Shown: one piece after another, positions 26,676 to 36,350 of the stretch | Layout: each line of letters starts with the position of its first letter | Position numbering within the stretch: the stretch's first letter is position 1 | Sequence record: OR352941.1 | Length of the DNA: 64,000 nt | Origin: Escherichia phage AV111 | Reading direction: 5' to 3' (one strand) | Position numbers and translations under genes: made by a program | Notes under the pieces: model-generated | The model's database searches: none | What the model was told of the DNA's origin: nothing | What the model saw: only the letters and a program-made list of their open reading frames with translations

Positions 26676-27032
26676 TTAACCCCGGAGTTTATTGAGCTCT
26701 TCATAATCAATCCAGGATTCTAGCCCTGACGGCAGGTCACATTCAATGTTCCACAGAAGCTCTTCAATGGCTTGCAGGCGATTATATTCTTCAACGGTAA
26801 TGGTAACCATTGGTGCAACCGGTTCTGCCTTTTTAACCATCATGTCGTTCATCAGGACGTAAAGGTCATCACGAACGACAGTGTCGTTCCATCCCCATGA
26901 TTTGGCTTCGTAAGCTAATGATGAAGGGAGCACATTTAAAACTTCAATAATAGTTGGAGCATCAGGACCAAGTTCATTGGCACAAACTTCGTATACATCT
27001 TGGAAATCTTTAAGATTTAATGAATATGTCAT
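26676..27032 (-). CDS. hypothetical protein, 118 aa
   Basis: ORF track. Confidence 0.5.
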   Translation of the reverse strand: MTYSLNLKDFQDVYEVCANELGPDAPTIIEVLNVLPSSLAYEAKSWGWNDTVVRDDLYVLMNDMMVKKAEPVAPMVTITVEEYNRLQAIEELLWNIECDLPSGLESWIDYEELNKLRG

Positions 27033-27050
27033 TTAAAATTTTCTCGCAGG

Positions 27051-27347
27051 TTATTGTTCTACCCATGAACAAGAGACTTCAAAATCAGGACCACCGTATT
27101 CCCAGTGATATTCACCAACAGGAATCCAGTCACCGTGCTCGTTTTCTTCATAGTCCTCAGGCTCAAGGCCAACGAATCGCCATTGGACACCGATGATTCG
27201 ATTACCCATCATTACTCGAAATTCGCCCCATGGATTATCGATAGCATACTGAATATCGTTCTTGGCACGAGAGCACATTTCTTGATATAATAAAGCTTCT
27301 AATTCACCCTGGTCATAAGGGCCAGGGAAAGTTAAATCAATACTCAT
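27051..27347 (-). CDS. hypothetical protein, 98 aa
   Basis: ORF track. Confidence 0.5.
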   Translation of the reverse strand: MSIDLTFPGPYDQGELEALLYQEMCSRAKNDIQYAIDNPWGEFRVMMGNRIIGVQWRFVGLEPEDYEENEHGDWIPVGEYHWEYGGPDFEVSCSWVEQ

Positions 27348-27622
27348 TTAAAATATTCTCGCAGTTGATCAAATCCGCCAATGTGACTTCCGTCAGGAGC
27401 AAACACTTGAGGCATAGTCAATCCAACTTGTGATTCACGTCCAAGCTTAACCAGAAGCTCAGTAATTTTCTCATCATCGAACACACCTTTTTCTGGCATA
27501 ACATTAATGAATTCGAATGGCTGTTTCTTAACAGTCAGCAATCGTTTCGCATTATCACAATAAATGCATTTATGAATAGTAGAGTCATAACCGTACACTT
27601 TAAACATTATTTTTCCTTTCAT
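27344..27622 (-). CDS. nrdC: thioredoxin/glutaredoxin NrdC
   Basis: 92 aa; KVYGYDSTIHKCIYCDNAKRLL...MPQVFAPDGSHIGGFDQLREYFK matches T4 NrdC. Confidence 0.92.
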   Translation of the reverse strand: MKGKIMFKVYGYDSTIHKCIYCDNAKRLLTVKKQPFEFINVMPEKGVFDDEKITELLVKLGRESQVGLTMPQVFAPDGSHIGGFDQLREYFK

Positions 27623-28013
27623 CGATTAAATATGCAACACCAAATACAATACATGTAATAAAACCTGTGATACCGATAGAGAACATCAACACTGTACCAA
27701 AGAACCAAATCAAGTTATCTTTGGTAGTTTGTTTGATATCCATCTCACGAATTTCTATAGCTATCGTATCACCTTTATTCAGAAGCGTATAAAACGATGG
27801 CGATACACGCCTGTCAAAAACTCGTCCTTGTTCATCTTTATAAACTGCAATAAATTCCAGTTTAGAATATTTTCCTGTAGATTGGCCTGAGATTAATTCT
27901 ACTACCTCCACAGGAATTACTTTAGTTTCCATGTAAGTATTCTGGCTGTTCCAAATGAATGGAATGATGGCAAAAACTAAAGCTGCAATAAAACAACGAA
28001 GGCTATATCTCAT
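27600..28013 (-). CDS. membrane protein, 137 aa (two TM segments)
   Basis: ORF track; hydrophobic N- and C-terminal segments. Confidence 0.5.
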   Translation of the reverse strand: MRYSLRCFIAALVFAIIPFIWNSQNTYMETKVIPVEVVELISGQSTGKYSKLEFIAVYKDEQGRVFDRRVSPSFYTLLNKGDTIAIEIREMDIKQTTKDNLIWFFGTVLMFSIGITGFITCIVFGVAYLIDERKNNV

Positions 28014-28318
28014 TATAATGTTCTCTCAAATTTGTGGAAGCATTTACGGCATTTCAATTTCAAGTTATCAGTGGTCCAGTTAACCAGTTGGACTTGGATA
28101 GTTCCACATTCCGGGCATGGATGTTTTGCTGCCGATTTGGCAGCATTTTCACGTCGTTCAACCATTTTCATTATTTCGTTCCATGCCGGAGGAACGAACT
28201 CTTCTTCACCGTGGATTTTATCTCGCTGAACAAATTCAATCTTTGAACTATCGTCAATAAACTTAACCAAGCCATGATTAGTGCTCATATCAATATCCTC
28301 TAAAAGACGTAGTTTCAT
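28013..28318 (-). CDS. zinc-ribbon protein, 101 aa
   Basis: ORF track; CPECG...CRKC pair. Confidence 0.5.
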   Translation of the reverse strand: MKLRLLEDIDMSTNHGLVKFIDDSSKIEFVQRDKIHGEEEFVPPAWNEIMKMVERRENAAKSAAKHPCPECGTIQVQLVNWTTDNLKLKCRKCFHKFERTL

Positions 28319-29268
28319 TATAACACCTCAATGGCATTTCGTAAACCGTCCGCTTTCGCATTCAGAGCTTTTAACGATTTAGTTTGTTCTGCAATCTGGG
28401 CTTCGACTTCTTTCAGACGAGATTTGAGGTACTCACGTTCTTCGCTCAAGTTGTCAACTTTTTCTACTTTAGGTTCTTTAATAGTCTTAAGTTTATACTC
28501 GTTAGGGTTCTTCAACTTAATTCGGGTACGAGAACTATATAACATTGAACCGTTATCTTCGGATTCGTCGAACGTTTCAACAACATCCATAGTCTCTAAC
28601 AATGTAATAAGTTTATAAGACAACGAACGAATAGTTTTGTTGTGCTTATTAATTTCTTCGGCTTTCATAGTACCGAGATTACGTGAGTAGTAATAAGGAA
28701 CCTGGATATCAATTGACAATGATGCGTTACCATTACCAGTTGGTTTGAATACTGCAGTAACCCAATCTTTAACATGAACTTTATTTGTACGGCCATCACC
28801 GCCAGTGAATAATTTACGAGAATGTTTAAAAAGCATATTCACTTGTTTATTGAATTCACAAGCAAATTTATCAGCAAATTTAGTTTCAGGAATGGTAGAT
28901 AACCAATCAGCCAAATGAGTCTTTTTAACATCATTAACAATAGTGAATTCAACCAAATCGGTTTTAGATGTCACAGATTTAATAAAGCTCGGTTTCATAA
29001 AGTTTTTAATGTTATCGCGAGCTACAGTAGAAGATAATAAACGAGAACGTTTGAACCATTGAAGCAGCGTCCCTAGTGAATGAGAATATGCATTTTGAGT
29101 ATCTTTACAGATATGATTTTCTTGGCCTGTGTATGTACCAAAATCGCGAAGAATACCACTTACTACATCTCGGTGTGGAACATCAAATCCTAGTGCACCA
29201 ACAGCGCGCTGGGCACGAACGTTAGCGATAAGACCGGCAAAGTATTCAATGTAATGTGAACGTGTCAT
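28318..29268 (-). CDS. hypothetical protein with C-terminal coiled coil, 316 aa
   Basis: ORF track; own early promoter upstream. Confidence 0.55.
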   Translation of the reverse strand: MTRSHYIEYFAGLIANVRAQRAVGALGFDVPHRDVVSGILRDFGTYTGQENHICKDTQNAYSHSLGTLLQWFKRSRLLSSTVARDNIKNFMKPSFIKSVTSKTDLVEFTIVNDVKKTHLADWLSTIPETKFADKFACEFNKQVNMLFKHSRKLFTGGDGRTNKVHVKDWVTAVFKPTGNGNASLSIDIQVPYYYSRNLGTMKAEEINKHNKTIRSLSYKLITLLETMDVVETFDESEDNGSMLYSSRTRIKLKNPNEYKLKTIKEPKVEKVDNLSEEREYLKSRLKEVEAQIAEQTKSLKALNAKADGLRNAIEVL

Positions 29269-29296
29269 AATATTTTCCTCTCGTTAAGATAGATTC

Positions 29297-29326
29297 ATTA
29301 TACTCCAACCATCCTTGGTTGTAAAC
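29297..29326 (-). promoter_or_regulatory. early sigma70-like promoter (-35 GTTTAC, -10 TATAAT)
   Basis: rc GTTTACAACCAAGGATGGTTGGAGTATAAT; near-identical element at 30314..30343. Confidence 0.6.
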
Positions 29327-29330
29327 CGTT

Positions 29331-30287
29331 TTATGATTTTAATGCATTCATTGCGTTAAAAAGTTTAGAATACTGCAACTGGAGATTCGTTACAACACTT
29401 TGAGCATCACGAAGCTTAGCTTGTGCTTTGTCAAGTTCAACGGACAGTTGGTCTACAGTAGCCTTGATTTGGTTGTAATAATAATCTTCGGCCGGAAGAA
29501 GGTCATTAGAAACATTTAGTTTTACTGCCGACAGTTTGCACACATTTGGCAAACCTTTAAACATATCGGGTTGTGCCGGAGAATATGCGCTTAGAACCTC
29601 TGCATTACCGACTGGTGTTGCTGTGATATTGCCTTCGAACGTTGCATTTTCCTTTTTAAGATTTTGATAGTATTCAGAGTCTTTGTGCCACCATGGCGCA
29701 GGAACCTTTTTACCAATAGATACACGAGCCTGGATAGCGATATGGCCCTTATTCTTGATAATGTCGATAATATTAAGCTCACGAGAATAAATCGCTTTAA
29801 TCTGGTGGATATTATCACCTAAAACTTCCAACGCTTGGTGGAATACACGAGCAACGTTATCATTCTTAGGTTTATACGTAAGAGTGAACTCATTCTCACT
29901 GATAACCATGATTTCCAACTTATCGTAAGTATATTTCAAATGTTTCATGTTAATTGCTTGAGGACGAATACGAGAAGCAATGGCCATCAAATTGTTAAGG
30001 TTATTTCTGAACTGTTTAGCAAAATATTGTCCGGTGCCGCCGATACAAAAATTACGAAGTTTCTGTTTGGCTAATAAACGGCTGAACTCACCATTTTTAA
30101 TGAACTCTTTAACGGGTGTGTTGGTAACGCATTCAAATTGAGTAAACTTACGAGAAGTAATCCCATAATATGAACAGATTTCCTCAATCTCTTCAGGAGT
30201 CTTTACAGGCATACGGATAGGATTAGGTCCTGGAGTATATGCGTTCGAGGTAAATTCTTTAATAAGTTCTCTACGTGTAATAGCCAT
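29331..30287 (-). CDS. hypothetical protein with C-terminal coiled coil, 318 aa
   Basis: ORF track; own early promoter upstream. Confidence 0.55.
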   Translation of the reverse strand: MAITRRELIKEFTSNAYTPGPNPIRMPVKTPEEIEEICSYYGITSRKFTQFECVTNTPVKEFIKNGEFSRLLAKQKLRNFCIGGTGQYFAKQFRNNLNNLMAIASRIRPQAINMKHLKYTYDKLEIMVISENEFTLTYKPKNDNVARVFHQALEVLGDNIHQIKAIYSRELNIIDIIKNKGHIAIQARVSIGKKVPAPWWHKDSEYYQNLKKENATFEGNITATPVGNAEVLSAYSPAQPDMFKGLPNVCKLSAVKLNVSNDLLPAEDYYYNQIKATVDQLSVELDKAQAKLRDAQSVVTNLQLQYSKLFNAMNALKS

Positions 30288-30313
30288 TTTATATTCCTCA
30301 TGTTGAAAAATTT

Positions 30314-30343
30314 ATTATACTCCAACCATCCTTGGTTGTACAT
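30314..30343 (-). promoter_or_regulatory. early sigma70-like promoter (-35 TGTACA, -10 TATAAT)
   Basis: Duplicate of the 29297..29326 element (ttattatactccaaccatccttggttgta). Confidence 0.55.
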
Positions 30344-31338
30344 CATTCCTTAAGAAGTTTTACTACCTGAATAAGATTAGCTCGTTCTGTTTTATTTTTA
30401 CCGTTTAAGCCTGCTAATCGTGAGATTTCATCGTCAGTCTGCTGAATAGTTACATTAAGTTCGTTAATCAAAGCTTCAAAGTATTTGATTTGCTCAGCAT
30501 GTTTTGATTCAAATTTCTGAACCGGAATAACGTCTTGGTTTAGTTCATCAATAAGGTCTTTAAGAGCATCTTCTTGGTTGATATCATATTCAACTTCTTT
30601 TATTTCTTCAACGAGCTCGTCTTTATATCTAACGTCTTTTAGTCCTGGTGCGGGTCCCGAAATCTCTTCTTTAAGAGTACAAACATATCCAATACGATAT
30701 CCAATGCCATCTCGCTTGATATCAACTTCGTCGATAAATCCACAATGTTTAAGTCCAGAGCCGATTATGTCAAAATATCCTTGACGTCGCCCTTCAAACG
30801 TTACACGAACTACTAAGACGGTTTTACCTGCAACCTTTTGAAGCTCACATTTATAAAAGTCAGTTGAACCTGAATAACGTGGATGAGTTTTAAAGTTCAT
30901 CTGACGATCTAGGCCCATTTGTAAACGTGCTGATACAGCCAGAAAACGTGTTTGGTTCTCGTTAAGATGAGCAACAATCTGTTTCAAAGGCATTTTACCC
31001 TGTTCACGACCGAACAAATCGGTACGTCCTAAATTACGCAGGATATTGTTAGAGTTAATCATCGACAGAACGTTAAGTTTATTCAGCGCGCTGAAGATTC
31101 CATCAGCCATTGATTTTCCATAACCTTTACACGCTTTAATAAGTGCTCGCGGCAGATTAGTATAAATTTCAGACGGCATATGAAAATCAAATTTTCTAAC
31201 CAATAATTGATGAACTTGGATAGCAATTTGCTCATAATTAAGTGCTCTGCGATCGTTATGGTCTTTAAACCACACTTTAATCTGTGAAGCACATAAACCG
31301 TTAATTTCATGTTTTACCGCATCAGATGTAATGCTCAT
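30343..31338 (-). CDS. hypothetical protein with C-terminal coiled coil, 331 aa
   Basis: ORF track. Confidence 0.55.
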   Translation of the reverse strand: MSITSDAVKHEINGLCASQIKVWFKDHNDRRALNYEQIAIQVHQLLVRKFDFHMPSEIYTNLPRALIKACKGYGKSMADGIFSALNKLNVLSMINSNNILRNLGRTDLFGREQGKMPLKQIVAHLNENQTRFLAVSARLQMGLDRQMNFKTHPRYSGSTDFYKCELQKVAGKTVLVVRVTFEGRRQGYFDIIGSGLKHCGFIDEVDIKRDGIGYRIGYVCTLKEEISGPAPGLKDVRYKDELVEEIKEVEYDINQEDALKDLIDELNQDVIPVQKFESKHAEQIKYFEALINELNVTIQQTDDEISRLAGLNGKNKTERANLIQVVKLLKE

Positions 31339-31400
31339 AACTATTTCCTCAGATTGAATTGGAACTCAAAACCATTATAACCCGTCCTTGGGTAAAGCGT

Positions 31401-31928
31401 TTATGCGTGAACCGTCTTTAAACGTTCTTCAAATTTCCGAAGAGTACTAATACGTTCTGCTTTCTGTTTTGTATAGTTTGCAATACGTTCTGAAGTGAGA
31501 GCGTATCGTTCGTTTACTGTTTCTTTCATGAAGTCAGGGATTTCACGAGAAGCTTTAATTTCATCAAACTTATCGAGTACCGCCTGGTCTTCAGCGATTA
31601 AATTTTCGTACATCTCGATATCTTTCTTGATAAACTCGATATCTTCCTGGGTTACTTTGGATAAACGAGATGCTTTATCCTTTTTGTACTGATCGTTAGT
31701 TTCACGAGACCAGAATAATGTACGTTTTTTGTTAGTGTTTTTGTAGACTTCCACAATTCCAACTGAATCGATGATAGCAATCCAATTCCAGCGAGATTTG
31801 AAAATCTGACCTCCGTCCACGGTAATCTCGTTACCATAAGCAATGTCATTAAAGAACTTACTTTGTGCTTCAGATTTAAATTTACCGTCGTTATAATTTA
31901 CCAGGTTGAAAATATCTTTAGCGTTCAT
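31401..31928 (-). CDS. hypothetical protein, 175 aa
   Basis: ORF track; early promoter 31956..31984 upstream. Confidence 0.55.
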   Translation of the reverse strand: MNAKDIFNLVNYNDGKFKSEAQSKFFNDIAYGNEITVDGGQIFKSRWNWIAIIDSVGIVEVYKNTNKKRTLFWSRETNDQYKKDKASRLSKVTQEDIEFIKKDIEMYENLIAEDQAVLDKFDEIKASREIPDFMKETVNERYALTSERIANYTKQKAERISTLRKFEERLKTVHA

Positions 31929-31955
31929 GTTTTACCTCCAGTAGTTGATAGGTCT

Positions 31956-31984
31956 ATAATAACATAACCATAGACCTTGTAAAC
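31956..31984 (-). promoter_or_regulatory. early promoter (-35 GTTTAC, -10 TATTAT) within inverted repeat ATAGGTCTAT/ATAGACCT
   Basis: rc GTTTACAAGGTCTATGGTTATGTTATTATAGACC. Confidence 0.55.
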
Positions 31985-31986
31985 AA

Positions 31987-32274
31987 CTAAAAGAAACTTT
32001 TTTCGGTATTTTTTCCACTGAACCAAACAGACTTCGGGATTTTTTGTAATTTTTCAGATTTAAGTTTCTCTTCCTGTTCTTTCTTATATACACCCTTGTC
32101 GTACTGGAGCATCTCTATGGCATTCTTTTGCAAACGATCTAAGGTAATTAAGGCTTTAGTTTTTCCTTTCAAGGAAGAGTCCTGGCGAACCTCCTCGCTA
32201 TATTGCATTGTAGAACTAACCATACGATGAGCATAGAGTTCGACTGCGGCTTTAATTTTTTGCATAAAATCCAT
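31987..32274 (-). CDS. hypothetical protein, 95 aa
   Basis: ORF track. Confidence 0.4.
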   Translation of the reverse strand: MDFMQKIKAAVELYAHRMVSSTMQYSEEVRQDSSLKGKTKALITLDRLQKNAIEMLQYDKGVYKKEQEEKLKSEKLQKIPKSVWFSGKNTEKSFF

Positions 32275-32412
32275 AACATATCCTCTTTGATTTGTACATC
32301 ATTATTTTTAAATATTTCTATGCCCTCAGTAGGTTCCTGGTGTCCTTCTTTGAGGTAAGCCATATGATTATTCATCTTTATGGCTTTTGTTACCTCAGAA
32401 CTTCCTATAAGC

Positions 32413-33414
32413 TTATTTCAGTAAAGTTACTTCAGAGATTTCCTCCCAACCATCTTTATCAGTTGAAATAAAATCTGCTACATAAAGAGCCGTACGTAAT
32501 GATACATTGCGAAGACGAGATACGTTAGCCTTCATCCAGGACAATGCTTTATACGTTTCTGCATCCGTCAGACCACGTTTCTGCATCATGTCAGTAGATA
32601 ATATTACATCTTCAACTCGAACCATAATCTCTTCATTAGAGTGTACTCCAAGGTCGAGATACACTGAACGAGATACTAAAGCTTGAAGGTGTGGAGCAAG
32701 TTTCGAACCCCGTTCTAACTCTTTATCGATATCAACGTTTGTAATGAAAACGATAGTACCTTCAAACTCAAATTCTTTATCAATACCCTTATCCTCGAGA
32801 TAAGATGACGCAGTGCTCCAACAAACTTTGCGTTTATCTCCGGTATCTAATGCTGCTTTAAGAAGGTTCAGGATGTCCATATCTGAGAATACGTCAACGT
32901 CATCGATTAAGAGAACGCTGTCTGCATCACGGTTGAGCCAAAGTTGTTCGTAAAGGCCAATACCAGAGATTTTACCATTAATGCTTTTGTATTTGATGAA
33001 ACCATTATCATTAGCATTATTAAGTGCTTTATCCAGAGAATACGTCTTACCAATACCAGCTGCACCTGAAATAATGAGTGAACGAATTTTGCCATCGATA
33101 ATGCCATTCGTCATCATGTTCATTACTTTAAAGCGTTTGTTGATACGAGTTTTCATATCTTCAGTGCTTTCAACAACTGCAACTGGTGATGTCTCAACTC
33201 CTTCCATTACGATGTCTGATTTGAAGACCCATACTCCACGTTCAGAACCATCAATCATAACGAAAATTTTACCATCACCTAAGTGTGAACATTCAGGATT
33301 AAGCTTTGCCGGGAACCATGTCTTTGTGGCAACATAAGAACCAGAGATTTCGTTATTACGATAGATACCTTTTTTGATTTGAACGTTGAACATTTTATTC
33401 TCCAATTTACTCAT
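32413..33414 (-). CDS. P-loop NTPase with N-terminal extra domain, 333 aa
   Basis: Walker A SGAAGIGKTYS and Walker B VLLIDDVD. Confidence 0.6.
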   Translation of the reverse strand: MSKLENKMFNVQIKKGIYRNNEISGSYVATKTWFPAKLNPECSHLGDGKIFVMIDGSERGVWVFKSDIVMEGVETSPVAVVESTEDMKTRINKRFKVMNMMTNGIIDGKIRSLIISGAAGIGKTYSLDKALNNANDNGFIKYKSINGKISGIGLYEQLWLNRDADSVLLIDDVDVFSDMDILNLLKAALDTGDKRKVCWSTASSYLEDKGIDKEFEFEGTIVFITNVDIDKELERGSKLAPHLQALVSRSVYLDLGVHSNEEIMVRVEDVILSTDMMQKRGLTDAETYKALSWMKANVSRLRNVSLRTALYVADFISTDKDGWEEISEVTLLK

Positions 33415-33431
33415 TTCGTTTCGATAGGTCT

Positions 33432-33459
33432 ATAATAACATATCCTAAAAGCATGTACA
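33432..33459 (-). promoter_or_regulatory. early promoter (-35 TGTACA, -10 TATTAT)
   Basis: rc GTGTACATGCTTTTAGGATATGTTATTATAGACC. Confidence 0.45.
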
Positions 33460-33507
33460 CCACTTTTTAAAAATATTTTATCCCCCTAAAGGGCCTTCAG
33501 GCCCTTA

Positions 33508-34497
33508 TCATTTATAGTACGAATTGTGGTTTTCTAAGTAAACTTGCTCAAGGAAATCATCCCAGAAACTCATATCTACTTTTTGTTGCATACCGTTCTT
33601 AGCGGCTTGTTCTGATGCTTGTTCTACCTGGTCAACGATATCTTCTAGGAATTCTTGCACAGTTTTAAACGTATGTTTACCAAGCTTAACATCGAGAATA
33701 AATGGAGCATCCTGAAGTGGGTAAACCAGGTCACCGGTTTTGTAAATTTCCAATAGTTGAAGTCCACCACGACATGCATGACTCAATGCTTTCCAGTCAA
33801 TACCTTCGTTGGCTTCTGCCTTACGAGCACGTTCACCATAGTTCTCTTCCAGTTTAACCAGGATGGCATTGAACTCTTTATTGGTTAACGTGTCTTGGAA
33901 TTTACGGTCTAACAGATTATAGAATGTTTGCTTACCTGTTTTCTCGTTTTCGGTTTCAACCCACGAAGCAAATTCACCTACGGGCAGAACATTCTTCATA
34001 TGTGATAAACGAATTACTGCACCATTATCAAAGTATTGTCCCCATTCATTAGAACGTTTAAGGGCTTGACGAAGAACGGCCAGTCGAGAACCCTTGACAC
34101 CATATTTAGAAGCTTGCTTACGGACATACCCTAAATAAGATTTCATGTTAGTGGTATAGAAACGAGACCTGTTATCTTGAATATACTTCCATACATCAGG
34201 CAAATCAGATTTAACTACTAGACTTGGTGGAGTGTGAAGCATATCTAATGCGACGGTTTCACCATCCGCAGCCAGTTTAAAGAAATATTTGAGACTATAT
34301 AACTCATGGTCCACGTCGTCTTTTGTGTTCTTAGAAGATGTGTTATTCGTGTTCTTGCTCATGTGTTCTTTAACGTTACCGGTCAAGATATCACGAGCAT
34401 GAGGGACATAAATTTCTTTAAAATCGACGTCAGATTCAGGAGTAGACGTTCCATAAAGGTGGCTACCAAAGTAGCCTTTCATAATTGTTTTCATCAT
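33508..34497 (-). CDS. Pol-beta-superfamily nucleotidyltransferase, 329 aa
   Basis: N-terminal GYFGSHLYGTSTPESDVDF = hG[GS]x9-13[DE]h[DE]h minimal nucleotidyltransferase signature. Confidence 0.6.
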   Translation of the reverse strand: MMKTIMKGYFGSHLYGTSTPESDVDFKEIYVPHARDILTGNVKEHMSKNTNNTSSKNTKDDVDHELYSLKYFFKLAADGETVALDMLHTPPSLVVKSDLPDVWKYIQDNRSRFYTTNMKSYLGYVRKQASKYGVKGSRLAVLRQALKRSNEWGQYFDNGAVIRLSHMKNVLPVGEFASWVETENEKTGKQTFYNLLDRKFQDTLTNKEFNAILVKLEENYGERARKAEANEGIDWKALSHACRGGLQLLEIYKTGDLVYPLQDAPFILDVKLGKHTFKTVQEFLEDIVDQVEQASEQAAKNGMQQKVDMSFWDDFLEQVYLENHNSYYK

Positions 34498-34967
34498 TTA
34501 GCCTTATATTCAAGAGTAGGACAGACTTTTTCTTTACGAGCTTTAAGGTATTCGCCTATTAATGATTTCTTACGTTCAATAGGCTCAAGTCCATTTTTAA
34601 TTCGTTCTTGGTTTTGCGCAATGAGCTCAATTTCTTTATAATATTTTCTGTCGTTATATTTGTCTAACAACCAAGACGGAACAATTACCAACCCGGTAGA
34701 AATAAAAGCCATGACTGCTACCATTGAAATGCCTACGCCAATTGAGGCTGGAACTAATGTCCATAGACTGCTAAAAACAAAGAATTTAGTTAAAATTTCA
34801 TGGCCAACGATTGTGACTGCTGCTAAAATCGCAAATCCAATAATTGAAACAGACAATACCGGAATTAACGTTTTCCAAAAATAAGCACACAACGTTTTCG
34901 GGCGATTCCATGTACTATTGAACGCGGCATAAATTTTAAAGTGCCAAGAGTTTTCATTGATAATCAT
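34494..34967 (-). CDS. membrane protein, 157 aa
   Basis: ORF track; several hydrophobic helices. Confidence 0.5.
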   Translation of the reverse strand: MIINENSWHFKIYAAFNSTWNRPKTLCAYFWKTLIPVLSVSIIGFAILAAVTIVGHEILTKFFVFSSLWTLVPASIGVGISMVAVMAFISTGLVIVPSWLLDKYNDRKYYKEIELIAQNQERIKNGLEPIERKKSLIGEYLKARKEKVCPTLEYKAK

Positions 34968-34976
34968 AATAATTCC

Positions 34977-35519
34977 TTATTTCAAAGTCGGGATAATAGA
35001 ATCAAGATAAGCTTTAAGAGCAACTGCTTCATCTTTGTCTAATGTAACGATATGTTGACGAAGGTCATCAATTTGGCGAATAACTACGACATCACCATCT
35101 TCATAAGAAGGATTAACGCCTAGGACTGTTGTATAGTCAGGGCGGTCCTGATTTGTAATAAAAGCATTACGGCATTTAGCCCATTGAAGTTTGGCCTTTT
35201 TGGCTGTTTCAGATTCCATTAATTCTTTCACCTTATTGACAAATGTTTTCCAATTATTAATAGAAAAACATTCGTCTTCAGTTTCGATATTAACCCCACT
35301 ATAAAGTCCGTGATAAAAACGAACTTGAAGGTCTTCATCAATGTTAATTACAGATGCATGGCCGGGTGGATTGAGTTTCAAAATCTTGTCCAGTTCCATA
35401 GGAAGAATAGTAGCAGCATCATCTTCTTGTGTCAGAACATACACATAACCACGTTTTTCGATACATAAATCACCAAACAACTCGGTTGTTTCAATTACAG
35501 TTTTCATATTATTCACCAA
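34977..35519 (-). CDS. hypothetical protein, 180 aa
   Basis: ORF track. Confidence 0.55.
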   Translation of the reverse strand: MVNNMKTVIETTELFGDLCIEKRGYVYVLTQEDDAATILPMELDKILKLNPPGHASVINIDEDLQVRFYHGLYSGVNIETEDECFSINNWKTFVNKVKELMESETAKKAKLQWAKCRNAFITNQDRPDYTTVLGVNPSYEDGDVVVIRQIDDLRQHIVTLDKDEAVALKAYLDSIIPTLK

Positions 35520-35823
35520 TTAAAGTTTCAACAAAATTCACCAAATCATTCAGACAAGCATCAACCTGTTTTTCATAAAAGTCTTCGTTATCATTTACTG
35601 CATGATAAGCTACATCATTCAAATCTGAATCGGCTTCACGTAAGTCACGGATAAGGTCCATCAATTTATTAGCTTGTTCACGGGTCATTTTACCATACTC
35701 GTTTCAATAAGATTCATTATGCCGTTTACCATGTTATAAGTAAACATTGGATAATTGTATTGTACCACAACATAAGCGATAAGCAAAAGTTTCATTTTGT
35801 TCTCCGTTTGTTTTGATAGGACT

Positions 35824-35853
35824 ACTATAACATAGTCCTACCAAGATGTAAAC
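35824..35853 (-). promoter_or_regulatory. early promoter (-35 GTTTAC, 18 nt, -10 TATAGT) inside palindrome GATAGGACTA...TAGTCCTA
   Basis: One of four near-identical copies (also 45790, 47085, 54505). Confidence 0.6.
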
Positions 35854-36113
35854 TACCGATTGTGTTTTAAATGTTGATAAAGTTCTTCAACTTGTTTTGG
35901 GTCCAAAACAATTAGGTCATTTTCTTGACGAAGATAAATCCATCCCTTATCCCCAGGACCATTTTTACAAAACATCACCGTCGTCATATCATCATCTTCA
36001 GCGCTTTCAGGTAAAAGTTCAAGTACACCGTCTTCAGATTTTCCAGTATAATCGTAAAGCATAATATCCTCACATAATCTCGTTAACATACATTTGCAAT
36101 TCGGTGTGGGCAT
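35853..36113 (-). CDS. hypothetical protein, 86 aa
   Basis: ORF track. Confidence 0.45.
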   Translation of the reverse strand: MPTPNCKCMLTRLCEDIMLYDYTGKSEDGVLELLPESAEDDDMTTVMFCKNGPGDKGWIYLRQENDLIVLDPKQVEELYQHLKHNR

Positions 36114-36249
36114 CGGCCATCTTTTTCATAGCTCTGTTAATGTCGATGTCTCCATCTTCGCAACCATGAGCATTTTCCCAATCAGATACCGCATTAGCGT
36201 ACTCTTCAATCAAAAACATTAACTTAGAAATTTTTTCTTTACGTGACAT
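36070..36249 (-). CDS. hypothetical protein (~59 aa from internal MSRKEKISKL start)
   Basis: ORF track 36070..36318; listed start lies upstream of the predicted promoter 36268..36295, so internal Met used. Confidence 0.4.
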   Translation of the reverse strand: MSRKEKISKLMFLIEEYANAVSDWENAHGCEDGDIDINRAMKKMADAHTELQMYVNEIM

Positions 36250-36267
36250 AACGTTCTCCTCTAGTAA

Positions 36268-36295
36268 GTAAGGTTTACTATAACACAACCTGAGG
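36268..36295 (-). promoter_or_regulatory. early promoter (-35 GTTTAC, -10 TATAGT) inside inverted repeat CTCCTCAGG/CTAGAGGAG
   Basis: rc GTTTACTTCTCCTCAGGTTGTGTTATAGT. Confidence 0.55.
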
Positions 36296-36314
36296 AGAAG
36301 TAAACTGATAGATG

Positions 36315-36344
36315 CCAAAAAGCCCCAACCATAAGGAAGGGGCT
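36315..36344 (-). terminator. rho-independent terminator (AGCCCC-ttccttatggtt-GGGGCT + U-tract), repeat family member
   Basis: Hairpin then TTTTTGG on minus strand just after stop of 36351..36653; related copies at 50829 and 51373. Confidence 0.6.
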
Positions 36345-36350
36345 AGTAAA

